From positions 384,001 through 448,000 of the forward strand of contig CAXXVD010000005.1 in the NCBI GenBank assembly GCA_963662335.2: 64,000 nt of DNA, in the 5' to 3' direction. Positions 1 through 12,366 of this stretch are shown here, piece by piece. The notes beneath the pieces are model-generated. The model was not told the origin of the DNA. It saw nothing but the letters and a program-made list of their open reading frames with translations, and searched no databases. The translations under genes were made by a program, and so were the position numbers. This DNA is from Chloroflexota bacterium (GTDB taxonomy: Bacteria > Chloroflexota > UBA11872 > VXOZ01). The stretch's first letter is position 1; the number at the start of each line of letters is the position of its first letter.

Positions 1-486
1 GCCGTTCAGGGAACTATCGTCCCACATGGCCTTGGTGAATTCCTCGCGGGTGTGGCCGGCGGCCTTCATGTACTCATCCAGCGGGCGAATGAGTTGATTG
101 AACATGAACGGCCCCTGAAACACCCAGTTGGTGTAGTGGGTGTCCGGCGGGGAGCCGGCCGCGATCGCGGCAATCAGTTTGGCCTCGATGTCGCTGATGA
201 ACTGCCAGTCCAGCGCGATGCCGGTATCGGCCTCGAAGGCCGGGCCGTACGCGCCCATGATGGTGGAATACGGCTCGCCCCAGGCGGCGTTCCACGCCAC
301 AACCGTGACTTGCTCTTTCGTCTGCTCTTCCGCGGCGGGCTTGGCCTCTTCCGCCGGGGCTTCAGCTTCTTCCTCAGCAGCCGGGGCCGCGGCCGCGCCG
401 CACGCCGCCAGCACTACGGCCGTAGCGCCGCCGCCAGCAATAGCGAGAAATCTGCGTCGAGTGACGTCTACGTCAAGTCTTCGCAT
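1..486 (-). CDS. Tat lipoprotein extracellular solute-binding protein (sugar ABC type), truncated by window edge
   Basis: Not in ORF track. Manual translation from ATG 486: MRRLDVDVTRRRFLAIAGGG..VLAACG (twin-arginine signal plus lipobox), then IAAGSPPD and LIRPLDEY motifs. AAGGAG RBS upstream. Confidence 0.85.
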   Translation of the reverse strand, partial: MRRLDVDVTRRRFLAIAGGGATAVVLAACGAAAAPAAEEEAEAPAEEAKPAAEEQTKEQVTVVAWNAAWGEPYSTIMGAYGPAFEADTGIALDWQFISDIEAKLIAAIAAGSPPDTHYTNWVFQGPFMFNQLIRPLDEYMKAAGHTREEFTKAMWDDSSLNG

Positions 487-725
487 GAGATGCTCTCCTT
501 CTCAAGATGCGACTCTCCTGACACACACGCGCACGCAAGCCATACCACCAAGCTCGCGTTGCTGTCACTAACCTAGCACTCACAGCCTATCGTGTCAAAT
601 CGTTCTGCCGCCGTCCTCGCGTCCCTGCCCGCCATTCCGCGCGGGAAGAAGCCCCCTGTCTCTTACCGCGCGCAAGGCTGCTATAGTAGAGCGAGTGGCA
701 CGTGCCAGCAGAGGAGGTTCCCAGG

Positions 726-2741
726 GTGCCGCGCGCGCTCACCATCGGCAACGGCAGCATGCTCGTCAACTTCGACGAGCGCTACCGCATCCGCGATCTC
801 TACTACCCCAACGTCGGCGCCGACAATCACTTGGCGGCGCGGCCCTCCCGCGTCGGTGTGTGGGTTGACGACCAGTTCTCCTGGTTCGGCGACTCCGGCT
901 GGGAGATAACCCCCGGCTATCAAGCGTACTCCTTAGTTGCCCAGGCCAAGGCCGTGCACCCGCACCTCGGCATCGAAATCGCGTTCACGGACTGTCTGGA
1001 CTTCGTGCGCAATTTCCTCCTGCGGCAGCTTCGCGTCACGAACACAGCGTCCGCGACGACGTCGACGTCTGCGACGAAGTCGGCGGACCCGGCCCGCGAA
1101 ATTCGCCTCTACTTTCAGTACGAGTGGGAACTCTGGGGCCCGGACATCGGCGATACCGTCTTCTACCACCCGCCTACCCAGGCGCTCATCGCATATAAAG
1201 GGCAGCGTTTCTTTCTGATGAACGTCATGACCGGCGACAAGCCGGGCATCACGGATTGGGCGACCGGCGTCTACACTACGGAGGGCGCGCAAGGGTCGTG
1301 GCAAGACGCGGAAGACGGCTGGCTTTCGCAAAACGCCGTCTCGCGCGGCGACGTGGACTGCGTGGGCATGTTGTCCCTGGGGCGCGTGCCGGCGGGAGAG
1401 ACCCGCACCGGCTACCACTGGCTCGCGGCCAACACCAGCCTCGACGCCGTGCTGGACGACAACCGCCTCATTCGCTTCCGCACGCCGGATAGCTTCATCC
1501 ACCGCACGCAGGAATACTGGTCGTTCTGGGTGCGCAAGCACCGCACCCCCAAGCCGGAGATTCCGCAAGAGACGTGGGACCTCTACCACCGGAGTCTGCT
1601 CACCTTGCGGACGCAGGTGGACAACACCGGGGCCATTATCGCGGGCAGCGATCCCGACGTAGCCCGCACAACCGGCGATACCTATAGCTACCTCTTCCCC
1701 CGCGTGGGGGCGCTGGCCGCGGTGGCGCTGGACCGGGCCGGCTTCACGGACCTCACACGCCACTTCTACGAGTTCTGCGGCCAGTTGCCCACCGCCGACG
1801 GCTATCTCTTCTCCAAGTACACCACGTTTGGCGCGGTGGGCAGCCTGGATCATGCCTGGGTCGCGCCGGACGGCAGGGAGACGCTGCCGGTCGCCGCCGA
1901 CAATACGGCAACGCTGCTCTGGGCGCTGGGCGAGCATTTCACCTTGGATCGCGACTTCGACTTCGTGCGCGCGCTTTACGCCGACCTGGTGCAACCGGCG
2001 CTTGACTTTCTCCTCAGCCACCGCAACCCGGAAACCGGCTTGCCGCTCCCTTCCTTCGACCTTTGGGAAGAAACGTACGGCCTCCATGCGTACACGCTGG
2101 CAGCCACCTGGGCCGGACTGCGGGCCGCCTGCATGTTCACGGCGGCCTTCGGCCAGCCGGAACTCACACGCGCCGCGCAGGAGGCCGCTGAGCAGATTCA
2201 CCGCCAGTTCGACACGCTCTTCTATGATGAGGAAACCGGGCGCTACGTTACGCGCGTGCGCCTCTACGGCAATCGCGAGCCCATCCCGGACCTGACCCTG
2301 GATGCCAGTATCGCCGGTCTCTACCTCTTCGGCATGATACCGGCCGCGGCTGAGCGCATGCGGCGCACCATGGCGGCCGTGCGCCAACAGCTTTGGTGCC
2401 ACACGGAAGTCGGCGGCCTAGCGCGGTTCGAGAACGATCGCTACCACCAGGTGAGCACGGACGTGGGCAACGTGCCCGGCAACCCGTGGGTCGTGACGAC
2501 CATGTGGCTCTGCCGGTGGCACGCCGCGCAGGCCCAGTCCCTGGCGGACTTGAAGCCGGCCGCAGAACTCTTGCGGTGGGCGCAAGGCCATGCGCGCGCC
2601 ACCGGCATGCTCGCCGAGCAAATCCACCCCTACACCCACGCGCCGCTCTCGGTAACGCCGTACACGTGGAGCCACGCCGAATTCCTGCTGGCAGTGCAGG
2701 CGTACATCCGCCGCCTGCGTGAGCTTGCGAGTGGAGATTAG
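726..2741 (+). CDS. Glycoside hydrolase family 15 (glucoamylase-like) protein
   Basis: N-terminus PRALTIGNGSMLVNFD, DLWEE and LAEQI catalytic-type motifs, WSHA C-terminal motif. GTG 726 follows a GAGGAGG RBS. Confidence 0.85.
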   Translation: MPRALTIGNGSMLVNFDERYRIRDLYYPNVGADNHLAARPSRVGVWVDDQFSWFGDSGWEITPGYQAYSLVAQAKAVHPHLGIEIAFTDCLDFVRNFLLRQLRVTNTASATTSTSATKSADPAREIRLYFQYEWELWGPDIGDTVFYHPPTQALIAYKGQRFFLMNVMTGDKPGITDWATGVYTTEGAQGSWQDAEDGWLSQNAVSRGDVDCVGMLSLGRVPAGETRTGYHWLAANTSLDAVLDDNRLIRFRTPDSFIHRTQEYWSFWVRKHRTPKPEIPQETWDLYHRSLLTLRTQVDNTGAIIAGSDPDVARTTGDTYSYLFPRVGALAAVALDRAGFTDLTRHFYEFCGQLPTADGYLFSKYTTFGAVGSLDHAWVAPDGRETLPVAADNTATLLWALGEHFTLDRDFDFVRALYADLVQPALDFLLSHRNPETGLPLPSFDLWEETYGLHAYTLAATWAGLRAACMFTAAFGQPELTRAAQEAAEQIHRQFDTLFYDEETGRYVTRVRLYGNREPIPDLTLDASIAGLYLFGMIPAAAERMRRTMAAVRQQLWCHTEVGGLARFENDRYHQVSTDVGNVPGNPWVVTTMWLCRWHAAQAQSLADLKPAAELLRWAQGHARATGMLAEQIHPYTHAPLSVTPYTWSHAEFLLAVQAYIRRLRELASGD

Positions 2742-2781
2742 CGGGCGTTAGCGGGCGCGGGCGGCATTGCGGGGAATGTGG

Positions 2782-4806
2782 CTATTCACCGTCGCCGCTC
2801 GCAACCGGCGCCAGGCGCACGTGGAAGCGGGCGGCCTCTGTCGTCACCGGCGTCGCGCCGCTCACCATCAGGGCGGCCCGCTGCACCTCATCACCGTAGC
2901 CGCTCAACGAAAACGAGACTCCCACCCCGTCCTGCCCGATGAGCATTGCGCGCTCCACGGTTGGCAGGCCGTCTGAATACCGCACCAATTGCACGATGAA
3001 GTACTGGGGCAGGACGCCGTCTGTGCGGAAGAAGCCCCGCGCCTCCCACCTGCCGTCGGTCTCGGCGTCGTCGCTGAAGCCGATGCCGCTAATCGCCAGG
3101 TCGTCCACCAGGAAACCCACGCCGTTCACGGCGTCATCGGTGACGTACTCCAGACGCAGCAGTATCTGCTTGCCCGCGTACGCGCCGAGATCGATCTCTT
3201 CTTCGATCCACTGCGGACGCTCCCCGCCCCCGCTCGCGCCGGTGAAGCCGTGGCCGAGGTTGTTGCCGTTCGGATTCTCAGTGGTCGTGGTCGCGCCCGG
3301 CAGTGTGGCCCACGTCTCGCCGCCGTCGGTGGAGACCGCCACGTAGGCGTAGTCGAAGTCCGGTTCGATGTCGTACCACGTGCGAAACCGCAGCACCGGC
3401 GCGGCCGCATTGCGCAGATCGAATGCGCCCGTGAGCGAGGTGTCCGCCATGTCGGAGCGATTGCTCCACCACACGTGTGTGCCGCTGGGGGCAGTGGTAG
3501 TGAAGAGCCGCACCTGGGGCGCGCCTGCGAACTCCAACGTATAGTCGCCGTGCGGCACGCGCAGGTCGACGTATTGCGTCCCGAATTGCTTGACCGTAAG
3601 GTCGCTATCGAACGTTTGCTTGCGCACGACGTGCTGGGGGCGCACGTCGGGGAGCCGGACGTCATAAGCGTACGCGCCGTCGGCCACGCGCCGGTCGTCT
3701 ATGTAGTTGGCCGCCGTCCAATCCGCAAAGACATCGTAGAACGTGGCAGCGTACCCCTCCTGGGCCAGGTAGGCGTCGACGGACGCCTGGCCGCGCAACG
3801 GCAGCGCAATCAAGGTCTTGAGCTTCTCGTGGCCGCCGTAGTGCTGCGCAAGGTACTCCATAAAGAGGTAGGCCGCCGCATAGTGGGGATACGCGGCACT
3901 CGGGTCGTCGCTCCAGGACGTAAGCTGCACGTCCGGATTCTCCGCGAACCAGTCGGCAAGCGCGCCGACGCCGTAGCCGCAGAGCCGCGACGCGACCACG
4001 GCGGCCCCTTCGTTGAGCCACGTCTCCTGGGGCGCGTTCTGGTTCCAGTGCACCATGTGCTGAAACTCGTGGCAGAGCGTAGACAGGTAGTAGTCGGCCC
4101 CGAGACTGTGCCCCCTGGCGCCAACGTTGATGTAGAACATCTCCCGCTCGTTGCTGAACGGATTCACCGCGCTCGGAAACTGGTCCGCCGAGGAGTAGTA
4201 GCCGCCAAAGCCGGGGATGCGCGCGTTCAGCACCGTTATGCGCGGATCGTTGTCCACGCCCGGCGACCACTCGGAACCGAAATACCGTCTGATGGTGGGG
4301 TAGATATTCTCTTCGAAAACGCGCAGTGTCTTCTCGATGTCGGCTTGGCGTACGTCCAGGCCCTCCTGAACGTACATGTAGAGGTGTTCCGACTTGCCGC
4401 GCAGCACCGCCGAAATCTGGTAGTACGTATCGTTCTCATCGTCCGCAAGCCAGAACGTGTCCACGCTTTCCAGCGCATAGTCGGGCCGCTCGGCGTTGAC
4501 CACCCGCGCGACGTTGCCCGCCAATCCCTTGTAGCGCCTGCCTAAATCGAAGAGATCGCGCTCAGGCTTTTCGGTAGCAAGCAGACGTTCGAGCGTCCGC
4601 TCCGCCTGTGCCGCCGCGACGAGCGGCTGGTAGGGGCCGCCCGCGCGTTCGCTCCCGGCACTCTCTCCGCCGCCAGGATAGAGCGGCTCCAAGGCGGAAT
4701 CCGTTTGGCCGCAGGCGGCGCTGAACAGCGCTGCCAGCAGCGCGAGGGCAATCAGCAGAGCGGTAAGCCGCCGGCGGCTCGCGTGTCCGATGGCGTCAGC
4801 TTTCAT
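2782..4806 (-). CDS. Secreted/lipoprotein zinc metallopeptidase with immune inhibitor A (M6)-like C-terminal domain
   Basis: Lipobox FSAAC, HEFQH zinc motif followed by WLNEG, C-terminal WYDIEPDFDYAYV...YVTDDAV segment. Confidence 0.8.
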   Translation of the reverse strand: MKADAIGHASRRRLTALLIALALLAALFSAACGQTDSALEPLYPGGGESAGSERAGGPYQPLVAAAQAERTLERLLATEKPERDLFDLGRRYKGLAGNVARVVNAERPDYALESVDTFWLADDENDTYYQISAVLRGKSEHLYMYVQEGLDVRQADIEKTLRVFEENIYPTIRRYFGSEWSPGVDNDPRITVLNARIPGFGGYYSSADQFPSAVNPFSNEREMFYINVGARGHSLGADYYLSTLCHEFQHMVHWNQNAPQETWLNEGAAVVASRLCGYGVGALADWFAENPDVQLTSWSDDPSAAYPHYAAAYLFMEYLAQHYGGHEKLKTLIALPLRGQASVDAYLAQEGYAATFYDVFADWTAANYIDDRRVADGAYAYDVRLPDVRPQHVVRKQTFDSDLTVKQFGTQYVDLRVPHGDYTLEFAGAPQVRLFTTTAPSGTHVWWSNRSDMADTSLTGAFDLRNAAAPVLRFRTWYDIEPDFDYAYVAVSTDGGETWATLPGATTTTENPNGNNLGHGFTGASGGGERPQWIEEEIDLGAYAGKQILLRLEYVTDDAVNGVGFLVDDLAISGIGFSDDAETDGRWEARGFFRTDGVLPQYFIVQLVRYSDGLPTVERAMLIGQDGVGVSFSLSGYGDEVQRAALMVSGATPVTTEAARFHVRLAPVASGDGE

Positions 4807-5702
4807 CCACGCTCTTCCTGCTCCGCACTCTCGTTGCGTGCTTCAGGTTCCGCGCCGGTATGGGCGCCCGCAAGCCGGGTGTAGCGCTGCGTCGAACTGA
4901 CGCTGCTGTGCCCAAGCATCGAGCGCACCCGCTGCAGCGGCACGCTCCCTTCCAGCGCGTGCGCGGCAAACGTGTGGCGTAACGTCTGCGGCGTGACCTC
5001 AGAAATGTTGGCCGCGCGCGCGTAGCCCTTTAAGATTAGCCAAAACCCCTGGCGCGTGAGGCGTTGGCCCCGATGGTTGAGGAAGAGCGCCTCGCCGGAC
5101 CGGGACGTCCGCAAGAGCGGGCGGCTCTGCGCAACGTAGCGGTCGAGCGCGGTAAGGCACACGTCGTCCAGCGGCGCTTCCGCCTGGCGCTTCCGTCCGC
5201 GCAGAATGACGCGCCGCTGCTCCCGCACAACGTCGCCCACGTCAAGCTCCAGCGCCTCCGTTATGCGCAGGCCGGTCGCGTACAAGAGGTGCAAGATGCT
5301 CTGGTCGCGCAGGGCTTCAGGCGTAGTGCGCACTGCGGCCGCGGCAAAGAGCGCCGCGACCTGTTCGCGGCTGAGCACCGTCGGCGCGGACCGCTCGACG
5401 CGCCCGCCGGCCAGAGCGTGTGTCGGGTCCTCGGCCACGATTCCCTGCTCGCTCAGGTAGCGGTAGAACGTCCGCACGGCGGCAACCTTGCGGGCGCGCG
5501 TGGCGGCGCTGTAACCCCGTTCCATTAGATCATTGGCATACGCCGCTACCCACGCGGGCTCCGCCTGCCAACTCTCTTCGCCGCGTCCGCGCAGAAACCG
5601 CGTCAACTGGGACAAGTCGTTTCGATACGCCGCTTGCGTGTTTGCCGATAGGTCGCGCTGCTCCGTGATGTGGTCCAGGAAAGCGGCCACTGTCTCTTCC
5701 AT
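4803..5702 (-). CDS. xerD: Tyrosine recombinase XerD-like
   Basis: SANTQAAYRNDL, YATGLRITE, LTRQGFW, LRHTFA, LGH..TQRY motifs. Start taken at ATG 5702 (MEETVAAF). Confidence 0.85.
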   Translation of the reverse strand: MEETVAAFLDHITEQRDLSANTQAAYRNDLSQLTRFLRGRGEESWQAEPAWVAAYANDLMERGYSAATRARKVAAVRTFYRYLSEQGIVAEDPTHALAGGRVERSAPTVLSREQVAALFAAAAVRTTPEALRDQSILHLLYATGLRITEALELDVGDVVREQRRVILRGRKRQAEAPLDDVCLTALDRYVAQSRPLLRTSRSGEALFLNHRGQRLTRQGFWLILKGYARAANISEVTPQTLRHTFAAHALEGSVPLQRVRSMLGHSSVSSTQRYTRLAGAHTGAEPEARNESAEQEERG

Positions 5703-5932
5703 CGCTATCCTCTTGTGCAATGAATGCTGCGCGCACCGCCCGCCGCTGCGGCTGCGTCGTAGACGGTCGTCTCTTGTGCGGAGACGCCGCCGGGCACGCC
5801 CAACACGCCCCGCCCACACTCTCTCCGTGAACGCCCGGCCCTTATCGCTCCCGCCCGGCGCGCTCCCGGGCCATTCGCCTCTTCCTAACAGTATGCCTGT
5901 GGCGCAACACACACGGCAAAGGCATACCGGCG

Positions 5933-6604
5933 CTACTCCGCATCCTCCGTCCAGCCGTGCGCCCCTACCAGCGGGACGAAGCGCACGCAGCCAAGATTGC
6001 GCTGCCGGAAGCACTCGCCGTGCCGCTCTATGCAGATGAGCGCCTGGCTCCGGCGCTCGCCGACGGGTATCACACACCGTCCGCCGGCCGCAAGCTGAGC
6101 AAGCAGCGGTTCCGGCACTCGTGGCGCTGCCGCCGCCACGACAATGGCGTCGTACGGCGCTTCGTCCGGCCATCCTGCCGTGCCGTCCGCCACGTGCACA
6201 ACACAGTTCTCATACCCCAAGGCGCGCAGACGGCCCTGCGCCGCCTGCGCGAGACCGGCGAAACGTTCGAGCGCGACCACGAACCGCGCCAAGCCGCAGA
6301 GGATTGCCGTCTGGTAGCCGGAACCGGCCCCGACTTCGAGCACCCGTTCACGCCCGGTGAGCGACAGCGCTTCCGTCATAAGCGCCACTACATAGGGCTG
6401 CGAGATCGTCTGGCCTTCGCCTATGGGCAGCGGGCCGTCTCGGTACGCCTCGGCAATGAGTTCTTCGTCTATAAATTGCTCGCGGGGAACTGCGCCAATC
6501 GCATTGAGCACGCGGGTGTCGCTGATCCCTTTGCGCCGCAAGGAGGCTGCCAAGCGCGCCCGCTGCAACGTGAGGGGATGTGCCGAGTCGTCACGCCCGC
6601 CCAC
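5933..6604 (-). CDS. pcm: Protein-L-isoaspartate O-methyltransferase
   Basis: VPREQF, GQTISQPY, VLEVGAGSGYQTA, APYDAI, VRFVPLVG motifs. Confidence 0.95.
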   Translation of the reverse strand: MGGRDDSAHPLTLQRARLAASLRRKGISDTRVLNAIGAVPREQFIDEELIAEAYRDGPLPIGEGQTISQPYVVALMTEALSLTGRERVLEVGAGSGYQTAILCGLARFVVALERFAGLAQAAQGRLRALGYENCVVHVADGTAGWPDEAPYDAIVVAAAAPRVPEPLLAQLAAGGRCVIPVGERRSQALICIERHGECFRQRNLGCVRFVPLVGAHGWTEDAE

Positions 6605-6607
6605 CGC

Positions 6608-7174
6608 TCAACCCTTCTTGTACGTCACCTCTTCGCCGCTGCCGATCGGCACCAAGACGCTCACGCAGTGCGGGTGGTTGCGCGCCTTGGCGAAGTAGTC
6701 CGCCATGTCTTCCCCGTGGGAAACCGCGTTGTCGGCCACGATGGCGCCGCCGGGCGAAAGCCGCGGGTAGATGAGGTCGAAGTAGGCCGCGTAGTCTTCC
6801 TTCTGCGCGTCGAGGAAGACGAGGTCGTAGGGGCCGGGCAGCCCGGCAAGGGTCTGCTTGCCGTCACCCTGGATGACAGTGATGATGTCCGCCAGACCGG
6901 CCCGGTCGAAGTTTTCCCGCGCGACGGCAACCCGCTCGGCCTCCAGTTCCAAAGAGGTGACGCGCGCGCCCACTTCCCGCGCCGCCAGGCCGATCCAGAG
7001 CGTCGAGTAGCCGTGAAACATGCCGATTTCCAGAATGCGCCGCGGCTTGGCCATGCGCACGAGCACGTGGAGAAACTTGCCGGTGTCCGGCGGCACGCTG
7101 ATGCGCACCTGGCCCCATGCTTCGGGCTCTTCCTCCAAGGCACGCAGCAATTCCGCGTCTGTCCTCGCTGTCAC
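6608..7174 (-). CDS. Class I SAM-dependent O-methyltransferase (CCoAOMT/YrrM-like)
   Basis: ILEIGMFHGYS, DLVFLDAQK, VADN motifs. GTG 7174 follows an AGGAGG RBS. Confidence 0.85.
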   Translation of the reverse strand: MTARTDAELLRALEEEPEAWGQVRISVPPDTGKFLHVLVRMAKPRRILEIGMFHGYSTLWIGLAAREVGARVTSLELEAERVAVARENFDRAGLADIITVIQGDGKQTLAGLPGPYDLVFLDAQKEDYAAYFDLIYPRLSPGGAIVADNAVSHGEDMADYFAKARNHPHCVSVLVPIGSGEEVTYKKG

Positions 7175-7221
7175 GTTGACCCTCCTAAACGACTTGAGCT
7201 CCGTCATTCCCGACTAGAAGT

Positions 7222-7295
7222 CCGTCATTCCCGCGCACGCGGGAATCCATCTTCGCCGCTCGCGCCCTGGATTCCGGCGGACGCCGGAATGACGG
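7222..7295. repeat. REP-like palindrome, family A (CCGTCATTCCCGCG..GCGGGAATCCA pair)
   Basis: Two inverted hairpin units; same family at 11039, 13592, 43435, 47062 and 52678. Confidence 0.9.
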
Positions 7296-7355
7296 TCAAG
7301 AGACTGGCCCTTACATTGCTGCGGCACGTGGCCCGGGCAAGTCCGCAACCGATCG

Positions 7356-10049
<2,694 letters not shown>

Positions 10050-10247
10050 CGTTCGCGCATCCCTCCATCTATATTTTGAACCGACTAGTGTGCGTCGTTG
10101 TGGTTGTCACCAAGTCATCGGTGAACCGCATGGCGCCTCCTCGTAAGCCGCACGGCGCGCCGCTTGCGCTCGCAGAGCGCGGCACAGGAGCCTAGGGCAT
10201 TATAGCACGCCCGCCTCCCCACCCGACTCCGGTCTACGGCACGGTCT

Positions 10248-10360
10248 CAGTGATCAGCGCGAAGTCAGCGCACCGGGCTCCGTCGATACCAAAGGAAGCA
10301 GCACCTGGAATATGCGAGTGTGACGGCAGAGTTGGCCGCTTGTTGTCGAGTTGAGCACTG
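10248..10360 (+). ncRNA. Candidate structured RNA (rod-like hairpin with SRP-like 3' half)
   Basis: End pairing CAGTGATCAGC/GTTGAGCACTG, inner CCGTC/GACGG stem, AAGGAAGCAGC at 10292-10302. The SRP CAGG-GNRA 5' strand is missing. Confidence 0.35.
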
Positions 10361-10507
10361 TCTCTCACGGGCGCGGCATGGTACGATGAGTGCTATTGAG
10401 AATACGTCGGAGACGGGGAACAGCAGTTACTCCTCGGTTTCTCGGCATAGGCACGGCCCAGTTTACATCTCTCCAAGCGGCGCGCGCCGCCGGAAACGGA
10501 AACGCCA

Positions 10508-11020
10508 GTGAGCGAGTTTCTCACGAACCTCAAGAGCACGCGCATCATCTGGCCGCTGCTCGTGGTGGCGTTCATCATCGTTAGCGACCAGCTTACCAAG
10601 GCCTTCATCGTCGATTGGCTCAAGCCCCAGGGCAGCGTCTCGATCATTGGCGACCTGCTGCGGCTCACCTTTGTCACGAACACCGGTGTCGCCTTTGGCA
10701 TGTTGACCGGCATTCCCTACGTGCTCATGGTTCCCATCGTCATCCTCATTGGCGTGATCATCTTCTATCTGGTCAAGACCCTCGGCCAGTCGTTCCTGCT
10801 CACGCTGGCGCTCACCTTAGAACTTGGCGGCGCGCTGGGCAACCTGATCGACCGCGTGCGCCTGGGCTACGTGGTTGACTTCGTGAAGTTCCCCTACTGG
10901 CCGGCGTTCAACGTGGCCGACAGTTGCGTCGTGATTGGCGCGATCGGCCTGGCCTTCATCCTCTTCTGGCAAGACCGCAAAGAGGCCGCGACTGAAGCGG
11001 AATCGCCGCCCGCGTCCTAG
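10508..11020 (+). CDS. lspA: Lipoprotein signal peptidase II
   Basis: DQLTK, NTGVAFG, GGALGNLIDR, VVDF, FNVAD motifs. Confidence 0.97.
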   Translation: MSEFLTNLKSTRIIWPLLVVAFIIVSDQLTKAFIVDWLKPQGSVSIIGDLLRLTFVTNTGVAFGMLTGIPYVLMVPIVILIGVIIFYLVKTLGQSFLLTLALTLELGGALGNLIDRVRLGYVVDFVKFPYWPAFNVADSCVVIGAIGLAFILFWQDRKEAATEAESPPAS

Positions 11021-11038
11021 ATTGACGCGCTCACAAAC

Positions 11039-11219
11039 TCCGTCATTCCCGCGAAAGCGGGAATCCAGCGGGAGGCCCGCGCAAGCGGGAACCCATTGGC
11101 AGGCCCGCGAAGATGGATTCCCGCGTGCGCGGGAATGACGGATAGGTAGCTCACTGCAGTTCTGATTCCCTTGTGTGGACGCCAGACGGCCAGGGTGATT
11201 CCCGCGCAAGCGGCAATCA
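11039..11219. repeat. REP-like family A cluster
   Basis: TCCGTCATTCCCGCGAAAGCGGGAATCCA ... TGGATTCCCGCGTGCGCGGGAATGACGGA plus degenerate extra units. Confidence 0.9.
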
Positions 11220-11243
11220 ACGCGAATATCGGCCTTTTCACAG

Positions 11244-12230
11244 ATGCCAACTATCGAACTAACACCAACCGGCAGCGACGCGGGACAGCGGCTCGACGTC
11301 TTTGTTGCCGCTTCACTGGCGAATGGCGCAGCCATGGCAATTGCCGGAAACGCGCCGGTCCTGAGCCGTTCGCAGGTGCAGCGTCTCATTGTCGAGCACC
11401 GCGTCCGCGTCGCCGGACAACCCGCCGCGCCCTCCACGAAGGTGCGCGCCGGGGCCGTGGTGACGGTCACGCTGCCTGAGACAACCGCGCCGGCGCTTGT
11501 GCCGGTGCCGCTTACCACGCCGCTGCTGCACGTGGATGAGCACCTCATCGTTGTGAACAAGCCGCCGGGACTGGTCGTCCATCCCGGGGCCGGACAGACC
11601 GCAGGGACGCTGGTCAACCAACTGCTCGACCGCTTTCCCGAAGTCGCGGCGGTTGGGCAGCCGGCGCGTCCCGGCATCGTGCACCGGCTGGACCGGGACA
11701 CGTCCGGCGCGCTCGTGGTGTCCCGCACCGTTGCCGCTTATGAATGGCTCGTGGCGCAGTTTGCCGCCCGCGCCGTGAAGAAGACCTACCTTGCTTTGGT
11801 GGTGGGCGCGCCCAGCGTCGAGCGAGGCGTGATCGACGCACCGGTGAGCCGCCATCCCACGCGGCGCACGAACATGGCCGTCACGGCCGGCGGCAAACCG
11901 GCCACTACCCGCTTTGCCGTGCTCGAGCGCCTCGGTTCCCACACCCTATTGGAGGTATCGCCCGAGACCGGGCGCACCCACCAGATTCGCGTGCATCTGG
12001 CCGCCGCGGGCTGGCCGGTTGCCGGCGACGCGCAGTACGGGCCGCGCGCGGCCACAGGCCAACGCCCCGGCGGCCGCGCGCTGTCCCGCATGTTCCTGCA
12101 CGCGCTCAGCCTGGGTTTCGCGCATCCCGCCTCCCGCGAACAGGTGCGTTTCGAGGCCCCGCTCGCCGCCGACCTGTCACACGCGCTGCGCGCCTGCGGC
12201 AGCGGTTGGCCCGGGAGCCAGCAAAGTTGA
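11244..12230 (+). CDS. rluD: RluA/RluD family 23S rRNA pseudouridine synthase
   Basis: S4-like N-terminus (RLD, SRSQVQRLI), NKPPGLVVHP, HRLDRDTSG, TGRTHQIRVH motifs. Confidence 0.9.
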   Translation: MPTIELTPTGSDAGQRLDVFVAASLANGAAMAIAGNAPVLSRSQVQRLIVEHRVRVAGQPAAPSTKVRAGAVVTVTLPETTAPALVPVPLTTPLLHVDEHLIVVNKPPGLVVHPGAGQTAGTLVNQLLDRFPEVAAVGQPARPGIVHRLDRDTSGALVVSRTVAAYEWLVAQFAARAVKKTYLALVVGAPSVERGVIDAPVSRHPTRRTNMAVTAGGKPATTRFAVLERLGSHTLLEVSPETGRTHQIRVHLAAAGWPVAGDAQYGPRAATGQRPGGRALSRMFLHALSLGFAHPASREQVRFEAPLAADLSHALRACGSGWPGSQQS

Positions 12231-12366
12231 CCCTGCAAGGGAAAGTCCCTACTATGAGTTACGCGGCTCGTCCGGCGCAGCCGCCGTCTCCCCGGTCATG
12301 CCTGCTTCGTTTGAGACGCCTCCCACCCATTTTAGGAAGACTAAAGCGGTAAGCCGCCCCGCGCTC

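Noticed and set aside
4803-5702. Tyrosine recombinase as a prophage or island integrase
   Set aside because: XerD-type size and motifs, housekeeping neighbours, and no att repeats or tRNA seen.
5703-6173. Long N-terminal extension of XerD in the ORF track
   Set aside because: It overlaps pcm in another frame and has no recognisable content; homology starts at MEETVAAF.
7175-7213. REP remnant supplying the ATG of the O-methyltransferase
   Set aside because: A GTG at 7174 has a strong AGGAGG RBS and fits the domain start better.
10351-10396. CIRCE-like half sites (AGCACT ... AGTGCT)
   Set aside because: Spacing is far longer than the 9 bp required and the neighbours are not heat-shock genes.
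11914-12366. Extended N-terminus of FabH
   Set aside because: Overlaps rluD out of frame; a GC-rich open-frame artefact.
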